Origin: Candidatus Latescibacterota bacterium
GTDB lineage: Bacteria; Latescibacterota; Latescibacteria; Latescibacterales; Latescibacteraceae
Direction: 5' to 3'
Length of the DNA: 32,000 nt
NCBI GenBank assembly: GCA_963668435.2
Contig: CAXXSC010000008.1
Location: 1,143,945-1,175,944 of the forward strand
Each line of letters starts with the position of its first letter. The first letter of the stretch is position 1. Positions 18,049 through 25,881 of the stretch are shown one piece after another. The notes below the pieces were generated by a model that did not search any database, was not told the DNA's origin, and saw only the letters and a program-made list of their open reading frames with translations. A program made the translations under genes and the position numbers.

Positions 18049-19665
18049 ATGGCAGAGGATTATCTTCAGTACTGGAGCATAACGAAGGCGCCGTTTTCGC
18101 TGACGCCCGATCCTGATATGCTCTATCTTTCGTCACAGCATTCGGAATGCCTGATGCGGCTCAAATACGCCATTTTCTCGCAGAAAGGTGGCGCGCTGCT
18201 CGTTTCCGATAACGCCGGGAACGGGAAAACCTCGATACTGGGACGATTGAAGAACGATCTCGACGATTATTATGGCGGCAAGGTCAGGGTGGTGTTCATC
18301 GATCACCCGACGCTCGCCCCTATTGAAATGATCGGCGAAATTTCCCGTCAGCTCGGCGGTGAACTGCACACGGATGAAAAGATCCGGGCGCTGAACGGGC
18401 TGCGCGACCGTCTCTACGAGCTCTATAACGAAAACATCAAGGTCGTGGTGATCGTCGATGAGGGGCAGATGCTGAAAGAGCGCCCCGACATCCTCGGAGA
18501 ACTGCGCATCCTCCTCAATTTCTGCGTTGCCGACGCGTTCCTGCTGACTTTCATTTTCTCCGGCCAGAAACCGCTGGACTCGGTGCTCAGAGACATGCCT
18601 GAATTCTGGCAGCGTCTTCCCGTCCGTTTTTTTCTCCGCAATCTCGATTTCAACGACACACGCGGGCTTATCCGATTTCGCCTGCAACAGGTGGGCGCTT
18701 CGACAGATATTTTCACCGAGGACGCCTACGAGGGCATCTATAACTATTCCGACGGCTGCCCGAGAGTCGCCTGCGCGGTGGCAGACCTCTGCCTCGTTAT
18801 CGGCTATTCCAAAGGGGTGAGGCGCATCGGGTTTGTCGAGGTCTCGACCGCATGCCGCGACATGGACTCCTCCGGCGACGGCTACCATTATTATGCGTTC
18901 ATGAAATCACAGGACATGGCTCTGGATTCTGGCAGAGCCTCGAATCCGGCACGTTCAAAAAAGCCGCATCCGGAAGCGGCTTCCAGCGCGAAACGGGAAA
19001 ACGCAGGCACATTGGATATGCAGGAACAGCGCCCGCACGTGAGCTTAGCCGACAGCATCAACTGTCCGTTCTGCGGCGAGGCGAACGCTAAAGAACGCCG
19101 TTTCTGCACGAACTGCGATAAGCCCCTGTACCGCAAATGCCACGGCTGCGGTTCGCTTTTCGACACCATATCGAACGAATGCCCCCATTGCGGAGCCGAC
19201 ATCGAAAAAGCAAAGGCTGAAACGGTCAATCAGGCCAGGGACGATCTCAGGCCATTCGATATCATGGAAAACAGCTACGCCACCTGGCTCGGCGCACTTG
19301 GCTACAGCCTCGAACAGGGCGAGGAAATGCTCATCGCGTTCCCGCGCGGCAATATGATCACGCCGGGCCCGACCATTAAAGAGGGAAGTGCCCGCAGCAG
19401 TGAGAAAGCCCAACCCTGTGACCTTATCCTCAGTGACAGACGTCTTATTATCGGCAGGAATAACGGCGACACGACAGCGGTTGACCTCGCCCGTATAGAC
19501 ACCTGCACGATATCCAGCAGCGGTATGCTGATCACGCGGAAAACAGTGCTGATACTCGGATTCGATGGCAAAATATATCGCCTTGCACTGCCCTGGTCCT
19601 CGGGAAAAAACCGTGAAATATTCGATATTCTCTCCACCTACATTCGCTCGGAAATGCTGAAATGA
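18049..19665 (+). CDS. ExeA/MshM-like AAA+ ATPase fused to a double zinc ribbon and a C-terminal PH-like (bacterial PH/GRAM-like) domain
   Basis: - The N-terminus PFSLTPDPDMLYLSSQHSECLMRLKYAI is an ExeA-type lead-in.
- P-loop DNAGNGKTS, with the first Gly replaced by Asp.
- Walker B VVIVDEGQ.
- Four CxxC pairs: CPFC..CTNC..CHGC..CPHC.
- C-terminal LILSDRRLIIGRN...VDLARIDTC...LILGFDGKIYRLALPW.
- GGAG lies 8 nt upstream of the ATG. Confidence 0.7.
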   Translation: MAEDYLQYWSITKAPFSLTPDPDMLYLSSQHSECLMRLKYAIFSQKGGALLVSDNAGNGKTSILGRLKNDLDDYYGGKVRVVFIDHPTLAPIEMIGEISRQLGGELHTDEKIRALNGLRDRLYELYNENIKVVVIVDEGQMLKERPDILGELRILLNFCVADAFLLTFIFSGQKPLDSVLRDMPEFWQRLPVRFFLRNLDFNDTRGLIRFRLQQVGASTDIFTEDAYEGIYNYSDGCPRVACAVADLCLVIGYSKGVRRIGFVEVSTACRDMDSSGDGYHYYAFMKSQDMALDSGRASNPARSKKPHPEAASSAKRENAGTLDMQEQRPHVSLADSINCPFCGEANAKERRFCTNCDKPLYRKCHGCGSLFDTISNECPHCGADIEKAKAETVNQARDDLRPFDIMENSYATWLGALGYSLEQGEEMLIAFPRGNMITPGPTIKEGSARSSEKAQPCDLILSDRRLIIGRNNGDTTAVDLARIDTCTISSSGMLITRKTVLILGFDGKIYRLALPWSSGKNREIFDILSTYIRSEMLK

Positions 19666-20564
19666 ACACGCGCGATCTCCCCTGCGCCCTTATCGGCGCC
19701 GGACGGGCCGGAGGTGCTCTCGCCATCGCCCTTCACAATGCCGGTTACCGTTTCGACACGATCGTTTCCAAAGATCCGACAGACGCTGAACGTCTCGCCA
19801 CAAAAGTAGATGCCCGCCAATACGGCGTTAATATTGCCCTTCTTCCCCCGGTCAATGGGCTCATTTTCGTCACCGTACCGGACAGCGAGATCAGCCCTGT
19901 CGCCGACGCAATTGCCGCAGCAGGCAAGATCGTTCCGGATGCCACAATCGCAGTCCACCTGAGCGGGGCGCTGGGTTCCGACATCATGAAAAGCATGAGA
20001 GAGAAGCACGCGTCGACACTCGCGTTTCACCCGGCACAGACTTTCGCCGCTGGAATCGAGGACAGATCGGTTTTCGAGGATATTTATTTCGATCTGGAGG
20101 GCGATGAACGAGCTTGTCAGGCAGGACACTCGCTGGCACAGGACCTTCACGCGCACGCCCTTGAAATGTCGCCTGAACAGCGTGTGCTGCTTCATGCGGC
20201 GATGACGGTGACCTCAAACTACAGCGCTGTGCTGCTCGAGATAGCCGAATCACTTGCCGCAGGCGCTGACTGCGACATCGAAACGGCGAAAGCATTGCTC
20301 CGTCCGCTGGCGAAAAAAAGCATCGCCAACTGTTTCGAAAGCTCTCCCGGACAAGCACTTACCGGGCCAGCGGCGCGTGGTGATATCGAGGTGATCGAAC
20401 GCCATCTAGAAGTTATCGATGCGATCGATAAAAATTATGGTGACGCCTACAGGATTCTCGGACAGATAGCCGGGGCTATCGCCAACAAGCGCGGAAGTAT
20501 CAGCAGGGAAACATTGTCGGAACTCAAAAACACACTCGGCAGGCCCGGAAAAGAAAACGGCTGA
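19662..20564 (+). CDS. Rossmann-fold plus DUF2520 domain oxidoreductase-like protein (the family that, to my recollection, includes the PanG-type ketopantoate reductase)
   Basis: The N-terminus carries the dinucleotide motif ALIGAGRAGGALAIAL. The C-terminal TGPAARGD motif is typical of DUF2520. The start overlaps the upstream stop (ATGA at 19662-19665). Confidence 0.65.
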   Translation: MNTRDLPCALIGAGRAGGALAIALHNAGYRFDTIVSKDPTDAERLATKVDARQYGVNIALLPPVNGLIFVTVPDSEISPVADAIAAAGKIVPDATIAVHLSGALGSDIMKSMREKHASTLAFHPAQTFAAGIEDRSVFEDIYFDLEGDERACQAGHSLAQDLHAHALEMSPEQRVLLHAAMTVTSNYSAVLLEIAESLAAGADCDIETAKALLRPLAKKSIANCFESSPGQALTGPAARGDIEVIERHLEVIDAIDKNYGDAYRILGQIAGAIANKRGSISRETLSELKNTLGRPGKENG

Positions 20565-20625
20565 GCGGGGATAACACCACTCAGCCGATGCAGACTCTTT
20601 GCACGGAATGAACCTGCCAATCCTC

Positions 20626-23403
20626 TCAGAACTCCCAGCCCGATGTGAGATACATACGGTCGTTGCCCTCGGAAGTTATACCCCAACCGAACGACAGCGG
20701 CCCCATGAATGTCACGAACGACCCCATCACACCATAGGCTTGCAGCATCGTGTCGGCCCTGATTACCGAGCCGCGCGGCCAGACATTGCCGACAGCATAG
20801 GTCAGATCGAGATAAAAAGCGCGTGGAATGAAAAGTCGGTAGCCGAGCCTGCCCACCGCCAGCCTGTTGCCGCGGCGCTCCTCGTCGGCAAGACCGGGAA
20901 AATCGGCATAGAAATGTGAGGCGCCGGTATCAGGATTGTAGCAGTTGAGCCGTGTGGGTGTGCCACCGAGCGTGAACTCCTCGATTTCTGGCGTGGAGGT
21001 GTCGGCGGTACCCAGTGAAAGTGCCGCGGTGAACGTATGCTTTTTCGCCAAAGTCATCACCTGAGAGTAATTCCAGAACAGTTTCACATACTGTTCAGAG
21101 CCGCCGAGAAGTTCATGGGTCGAGCTTTCAATGAATATCTGGTTCAGAAAACCGCTGTGCGGGAATGGATAACGGTCATAACTGTCGATAATGGTCCGGA
21201 CTACGATACTGCGGAATTCCTTCTTTTCATCCTTCATGGTCGATTCCGGTGAAAATCCAGTCCGAATTGTCTCACTCCTGAGCTGCAGCATCGCGTTTCC
21301 AAGTTTGTCCATCTGCTGTCCCAGCGAGAAGAGAGTACCGATACGCTCATCCTTGTAATCGTAACTCTCGTCCGCGTTGAAATAATACGCACGGAGCGCA
21401 CGGCTGCTGAATATTTTCGCGCTGAACGTATATAACGAATTGTATATTCTGGGCAGCATGTTCTCGACAGTGAAAAGCTGACGTCGCTTGCCAGTATGCC
21501 CGGTCACGATAAAACGGCCTCCGAAACCGAGGATATTCTCCTTTGTCAGCATCAAGCGGCCCTCTGTTGTGTAATACTCGTCATAATGAAGGCCGAAACG
21601 CGCAACCGTGTACTGTTTTTCATCAAGGAGAAATGCAAGGCTGACACCATCCTGATAACGGCCGACATCGACGATTACCGACTGGAACAGGTTGGTGCCA
21701 TACAGGTTCTCGACAGTTCTGAGCAGAATACTCATATCCAGCACATCGCCTTCATGAATCAGAAGCTCTCTTTTGACAAGGCTGTTCCGCGATTTGAGAT
21801 TTTTGGGAATGGTAATCCGTGTGACTTTCGGAACATGGACATCGATAGTCATGTGTGCTGTTTCGTTGTCATATTCTCCCCCGCCGATTTCCGCTAAAGA
21901 GAAGCCGCCATGTTTCACAGCGATCATGAGCGAATCGATCGATGCCGCGATATCCTGCATCGCCAGTTTTCCGCCAATGACATTTCCAAATGTCATTTCC
22001 GCGGGTACACCGCGCTGTGTGTCAAAGGTATCGAAACGGATATCGACACGTTCCGGCACTCTCTGGCACTGGATCGTGAGCCTGTCTCCCGACCTGTCCG
22101 TCACAGCGTTGATCCGGCTGTAATGCCCACTATCCCAAAGCTTTTCCAGAAGGTCGGCGATGTCGGAAGCTGTGATATTATCTCTTCCGCCGGTAATGCT
22201 TCCGTAAAAATCCATGACAAAATTTCTGTCGCTTTCTGGCATGACAACAAGCTCGCTGAAATGCATTTTTTCCGAGTTCGCCTTGGCACTGTCAATTTTC
22301 GACTGAAGCTCCGGGACAGCTTTTTCCGCCGATTGGCGCCCCATTTCGATGAGCCCTTCCATCCTGCTGAATTCTGACGAACTGTAGCCCTCGACATCCG
22401 GCACGACCAGCACATCGGCGGCATCACGTGAAAGCTGGGTAATGTTGCGCATGAGGATGCTGGAGACCTGGTCGGCCACATTGAGCGGATTGTCGAGATC
22501 GCCGCTGTCGTGAAGGCTTTCGTCTATTGAGACCGCGACAACGATGTCGCCGCCCATATCGCGCACAGTATCGACCGGCAGATTGTCCTTGAGCCCGCCA
22601 TCCACCAGTGAGCGCCCCTGGATCACGACAGGCGAAAAAAGCAGCGGCACAGTGCTCGATGCCTGGATCGCCTGCCCAAGATTTCCGGAGGAGAGGACAA
22701 CCGACTCACCGGTATCGAGATCGGTGGTCACTGAGCGAAACGGTATGGGAAGCCGGCTGAAATCACGGTCACAGGAAAAAGTCGGACCGAGTGTCAGCCA
22801 GGTCAGGAGCTGACTGATCCGCTGTCCCGAGGAGAGGCTCGAAGGGATCGCCGCTTTCAAGCCCTGGAAACGCAATTCGAAAAGGGGCCACTCGCGGATT
22901 GTCTTTTCGCTGATATAGGAACTGCGCCGCCGTGGCTCATTGCTGAATGTCTCGGACCAGTCAATATCGTTGATAATATCTTTCATGGCATCGGTGCTGT
23001 AACCGGCGGCATAGAGACCGCCGACGATACTGCCCATCGAGGTTCCGGCGATCCGGTCGATCGGAATGCCGTGCTCGTTGAACACCTCGATGACACCAAT
23101 ATGCGCCATACCACGAGCACCACCGCCGGAAAGAGCAAGACCGATAAGCGGACGGCTTCCATCGGGATAGTCACGGACAACCTGGCCGTCTTTATACTCA
23201 ATGGTAAATTCGGCGGCTGCTGTCAGCATGGGCAAAAGCATCGTCATCAGCACGAAAGCCGTTAAAATTGTTTTCCATGCAGTACCCTTGATTCCCGATG
23301 ATCTGTATCTATTCCATTCCACAGTATAATTCCATTTTGACTTGTCCATTATAGACTGACGCTTGCAGATAATGTTTCGACATAACAATGTAATATAATA
23401 CAT
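20626..23403 (-). CDS. Patatin-like phospholipase fused to POTRA and an Omp85/BamA-type beta-barrel (PlpD-like, type Vd autotransporter architecture)
   Basis: - Patatin motifs: oxyanion GGGARG, nucleophile GTSMG, and catalytic Asp in LVDGGLKDN.
- The C-terminal approximately 350 aa have alternating barrel-like sequence ending ...LTSGWEF, with the terminal Phe of an OMP signature.
- A hydrophobic signal-like segment TILTAFVLMTMLLPMLTAAAEF is present.
- The start may instead be the ATG at 23349. Confidence 0.85.
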   Translation of the reverse strand: MYYITLLCRNIICKRQSIMDKSKWNYTVEWNRYRSSGIKGTAWKTILTAFVLMTMLLPMLTAAAEFTIEYKDGQVVRDYPDGSRPLIGLALSGGGARGMAHIGVIEVFNEHGIPIDRIAGTSMGSIVGGLYAAGYSTDAMKDIINDIDWSETFSNEPRRRSSYISEKTIREWPLFELRFQGLKAAIPSSLSSGQRISQLLTWLTLGPTFSCDRDFSRLPIPFRSVTTDLDTGESVVLSSGNLGQAIQASSTVPLLFSPVVIQGRSLVDGGLKDNLPVDTVRDMGGDIVVAVSIDESLHDSGDLDNPLNVADQVSSILMRNITQLSRDAADVLVVPDVEGYSSSEFSRMEGLIEMGRQSAEKAVPELQSKIDSAKANSEKMHFSELVVMPESDRNFVMDFYGSITGGRDNITASDIADLLEKLWDSGHYSRINAVTDRSGDRLTIQCQRVPERVDIRFDTFDTQRGVPAEMTFGNVIGGKLAMQDIAASIDSLMIAVKHGGFSLAEIGGGEYDNETAHMTIDVHVPKVTRITIPKNLKSRNSLVKRELLIHEGDVLDMSILLRTVENLYGTNLFQSVIVDVGRYQDGVSLAFLLDEKQYTVARFGLHYDEYYTTEGRLMLTKENILGFGGRFIVTGHTGKRRQLFTVENMLPRIYNSLYTFSAKIFSSRALRAYYFNADESYDYKDERIGTLFSLGQQMDKLGNAMLQLRSETIRTGFSPESTMKDEKKEFRSIVVRTIIDSYDRYPFPHSGFLNQIFIESSTHELLGGSEQYVKLFWNYSQVMTLAKKHTFTAALSLGTADTSTPEIEEFTLGGTPTRLNCYNPDTGASHFYADFPGLADEERRGNRLAVGRLGYRLFIPRAFYLDLTYAVGNVWPRGSVIRADTMLQAYGVMGSFVTFMGPLSFGWGITSEGNDRMYLTSGWEF

Positions 23404-23424
23404 TTATCCTGTTTTGCGCCATAT

Positions 23425-25758
23425 TCATCGAAAAGCGCTGTCTGTGAGCTCGAGCGCCCTGGAAAGACTGCCGTTACGGTCACTTCGCCATACAGATGCA
23501 CCACTTTCCGCAAGCACTGTCAATGTCTCTCCTGCAGGATGGCCGAAACGGTTGCCGAGGCCGCATGAAATAAAGGCTGTTTTTGCATTGACGGTCTCAC
23601 AGAAACCGGGATCGAGCCCTTTCGCACCATGATGAGGCACTTTCAGAATATCAGCGGCGAGACATTCTTTCCAGCACATAAGACGGTGCTGCATGAGCGG
23701 TTCAATATCACCGCACATGAGTATACGGTTCCCCGAGAGGCTGAACCGCATGACTAGCGAGCGGTCGTTTTCTCCCGAACGCCCCCCGGTATTCTGCACC
23801 TCCGCCAGCGGAGAAAGCACGAGACAGCCACCATCGCTGAATGCCAGCGAATCGCCGGCGGCAAGCCCTGAGACCTCGCGGCCGGTCATTGCTTTCAACT
23901 GTTCCACGGCGCTGTTTGCGGCAAAAATTCGATCGACCTCTATCCCCTCCAGAACCGACGACAAGCCGCCGAAATGATCCTCGTGAAGATGGCTGATCAC
24001 AAGGGCATCGAGCCTTTTAACACCCATATTATCGAGACTGGGTAGGATCATTGCTTTCGCGGCATCGTAGGAGGAGTATACCGGTCCGGTGTCGATGAGA
24101 AAGGCGCTTCCATCCGAGGCCCTGACCAGTGCAGCATCCCCCTGCCCCACATCGAAAAAAACGGTACGGGACTCATGGCCCGGCACAATTCCAGCAGGCA
24201 CGAGCGGCAGCCAGGCAATCACAAGCATGCAGCATAAAGGCACATAGACAGCGGCCCGCGCAAAAGATGGCCTTCCCTGCGAGCGGGATATGAGATAAAA
24301 AGTGACGAACAATCCGCCAAGCAGCAAAAACGGCACTGCACCAAAATGAAGTTCTGATAACGGCAGCCCCTGGAAAAAGTGCGCTGTCCGCTGAAGGAAT
24401 TCGAGAAGGACTACCGCCGGAAAAGCGACAAACCGGGCAAAGGGTAAAAGAACCGGATAAAAAGCCGCAATTAACAGCGAAAAAAGCCCCACAGGCACAA
24501 TCAGAAAAGTCAGCGGTACTGCAAATACATTGGCGGCAACACCATACAGCGGAACAGAACCGAAATGAAACGCTGTCAACGGCGCGGTCATGGCTGAGGC
24601 GACAACAGAAACAAACAGCAGGTCGCACAGCCTGCCAGTCCAGCCGCGCGGACGAAGACGGCGAAAAGGCACATTCAGCACAATGAGCCCCCAAACCGCG
24701 GTAAATGAAAGTTGGAGCGAGGCGCCAAACAGACTGGCGGGCATAATGGCAAGGATCAGGAGCAGCGCAAAAAACAGGATATTTTCAGCCTGCCCTTTCC
24801 TTCCTGCAAGCGGCGCGAACGATAGTGCAATCAGCATCACTGCGGCCCTGACAATCGGCGGCCTGAGACCGCAGAGCAGTGCATACAGTACAACAACCGT
24901 GACAACGGCAAGGCTTTTCCTGTACCCGGAGAGCCCGAAAAGGCCCGCAAGCAGCGCTGCCGCCGCCGCGACAATTCCTGCATGGAGCCCGGAAACGGCG
25001 AGGACATGGGCCATTCCCGCCCGGCTGAACAGTAAGCGTTGTGCGGCATCAAGGCCGGCAGTATCACCGAATGTCATTGCCCTGAAAACGGAAGTGTTTT
25101 CATCGAAACCGAGCAAACCCGCAAGCTCCCTGAGATGATTCCTGAGATTTGCGGCAAGGCCATTGCCCTCACGAATGATTTTAGGAGCCGGATCATCGCT
25201 GTCGAGAATAAGCCTGAATTCGCCGCTTCCATATCGTGATGAATAAGCACTCAGCGGCAGACGCCTTCGTTTCACCGTACCGAAAACGGCGACATCCGCG
25301 CCCTCGGGAAGTATCTCTCCGCTCTGATAGGCGGCACAGGAAAGCAACTGTCCGCATACCGGAGCGTTTCCCTCGAAATGAAGTTTTTCGACATCGACGG
25401 TAAAATGAAACGCACCGTTCCGAAGTCTTCCAGAGCCGTGGACAGTCCCCTCGACATAGGCATGGCAGCCAACATCATCGTCACCGAAAACCATCGGCGT
25501 CCGGCATTCCCCGGCCATTACAACAGCAAAAGAACCGCTGAACAGCATGAGCAGGCATGACGCTGTATCGGCCCTCGCCCCTTTCAGCACAAGCGACAGT
25601 CCGCCTGACAAAACAGCCAGCACGGCAAAGGGGATCGCCAATGCCGATGTTCCGGCATAAAAAGCGGCGATAATCCCGATCCCGAACATGAATGACGCGG
25701 TCATTGCAGGCCATGCGGCAGGGATCAGCGTGTCGATAGATGTAAATCGTTTCGTCAT
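23425..25758 (-). CDS. comEC: DNA internalization-related competence protein ComEC/Rec2
   Basis: 777 aa. The core is polytopic. The competence domain reads FSRAGMAHVLAVSGLH, and the C-terminal metallo-beta-lactamase domain reads FFDVGQGDA ... VISHLHEDHFGG ... KVPHHG. Confidence 0.9.
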   Translation of the reverse strand: MTKRFTSIDTLIPAAWPAMTASFMFGIGIIAAFYAGTSALAIPFAVLAVLSGGLSLVLKGARADTASCLLMLFSGSFAVVMAGECRTPMVFGDDDVGCHAYVEGTVHGSGRLRNGAFHFTVDVEKLHFEGNAPVCGQLLSCAAYQSGEILPEGADVAVFGTVKRRRLPLSAYSSRYGSGEFRLILDSDDPAPKIIREGNGLAANLRNHLRELAGLLGFDENTSVFRAMTFGDTAGLDAAQRLLFSRAGMAHVLAVSGLHAGIVAAAAALLAGLFGLSGYRKSLAVVTVVVLYALLCGLRPPIVRAAVMLIALSFAPLAGRKGQAENILFFALLLILAIMPASLFGASLQLSFTAVWGLIVLNVPFRRLRPRGWTGRLCDLLFVSVVASAMTAPLTAFHFGSVPLYGVAANVFAVPLTFLIVPVGLFSLLIAAFYPVLLPFARFVAFPAVVLLEFLQRTAHFFQGLPLSELHFGAVPFLLLGGLFVTFYLISRSQGRPSFARAAVYVPLCCMLVIAWLPLVPAGIVPGHESRTVFFDVGQGDAALVRASDGSAFLIDTGPVYSSYDAAKAMILPSLDNMGVKRLDALVISHLHEDHFGGLSSVLEGIEVDRIFAANSAVEQLKAMTGREVSGLAAGDSLAFSDGGCLVLSPLAEVQNTGGRSGENDRSLVMRFSLSGNRILMCGDIEPLMQHRLMCWKECLAADILKVPHHGAKGLDPGFCETVNAKTAFISCGLGNRFGHPAGETLTVLAESGASVWRSDRNGSLSRALELTDSAFR

Positions 25759-25809
25759 ACGGACAAATTAGGTGCTTGACCCTGTGAAGTCAACATGATG
25801 ATTTAGTAT

Positions 25810-25839
25810 TTGACATATTGGAGGAGTGAATAGTATTAT
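25810..25839 (+). promoter_or_regulatory. Sigma-70-like promoter (TTGACA, 18-nt spacer, TATTAT) upstream of the acidic TPR protein gene
   Basis: TTGACA at 25810-25815 and TATTAT at 25834-25839, read directly. They lie in the divergent intergenic region between comEC and the 25882 ORF. There is no experimental support. Confidence 0.4.
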
Positions 25840-25881
25840 AGTAGTATTAATTTACGAACCACTTACCTACAATCCTAGGGG

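Noticed and set aside
20559-20586. GGCTGAG / CTCAGCC hairpin (7 bp, 14-nt loop) between the convergent DUF2520 and patatin genes, considered as a bidirectional terminator
   Set aside because: There is no T- or A-tract on either side, and the 5' arm overlaps the stop codon. This is too weak to call.
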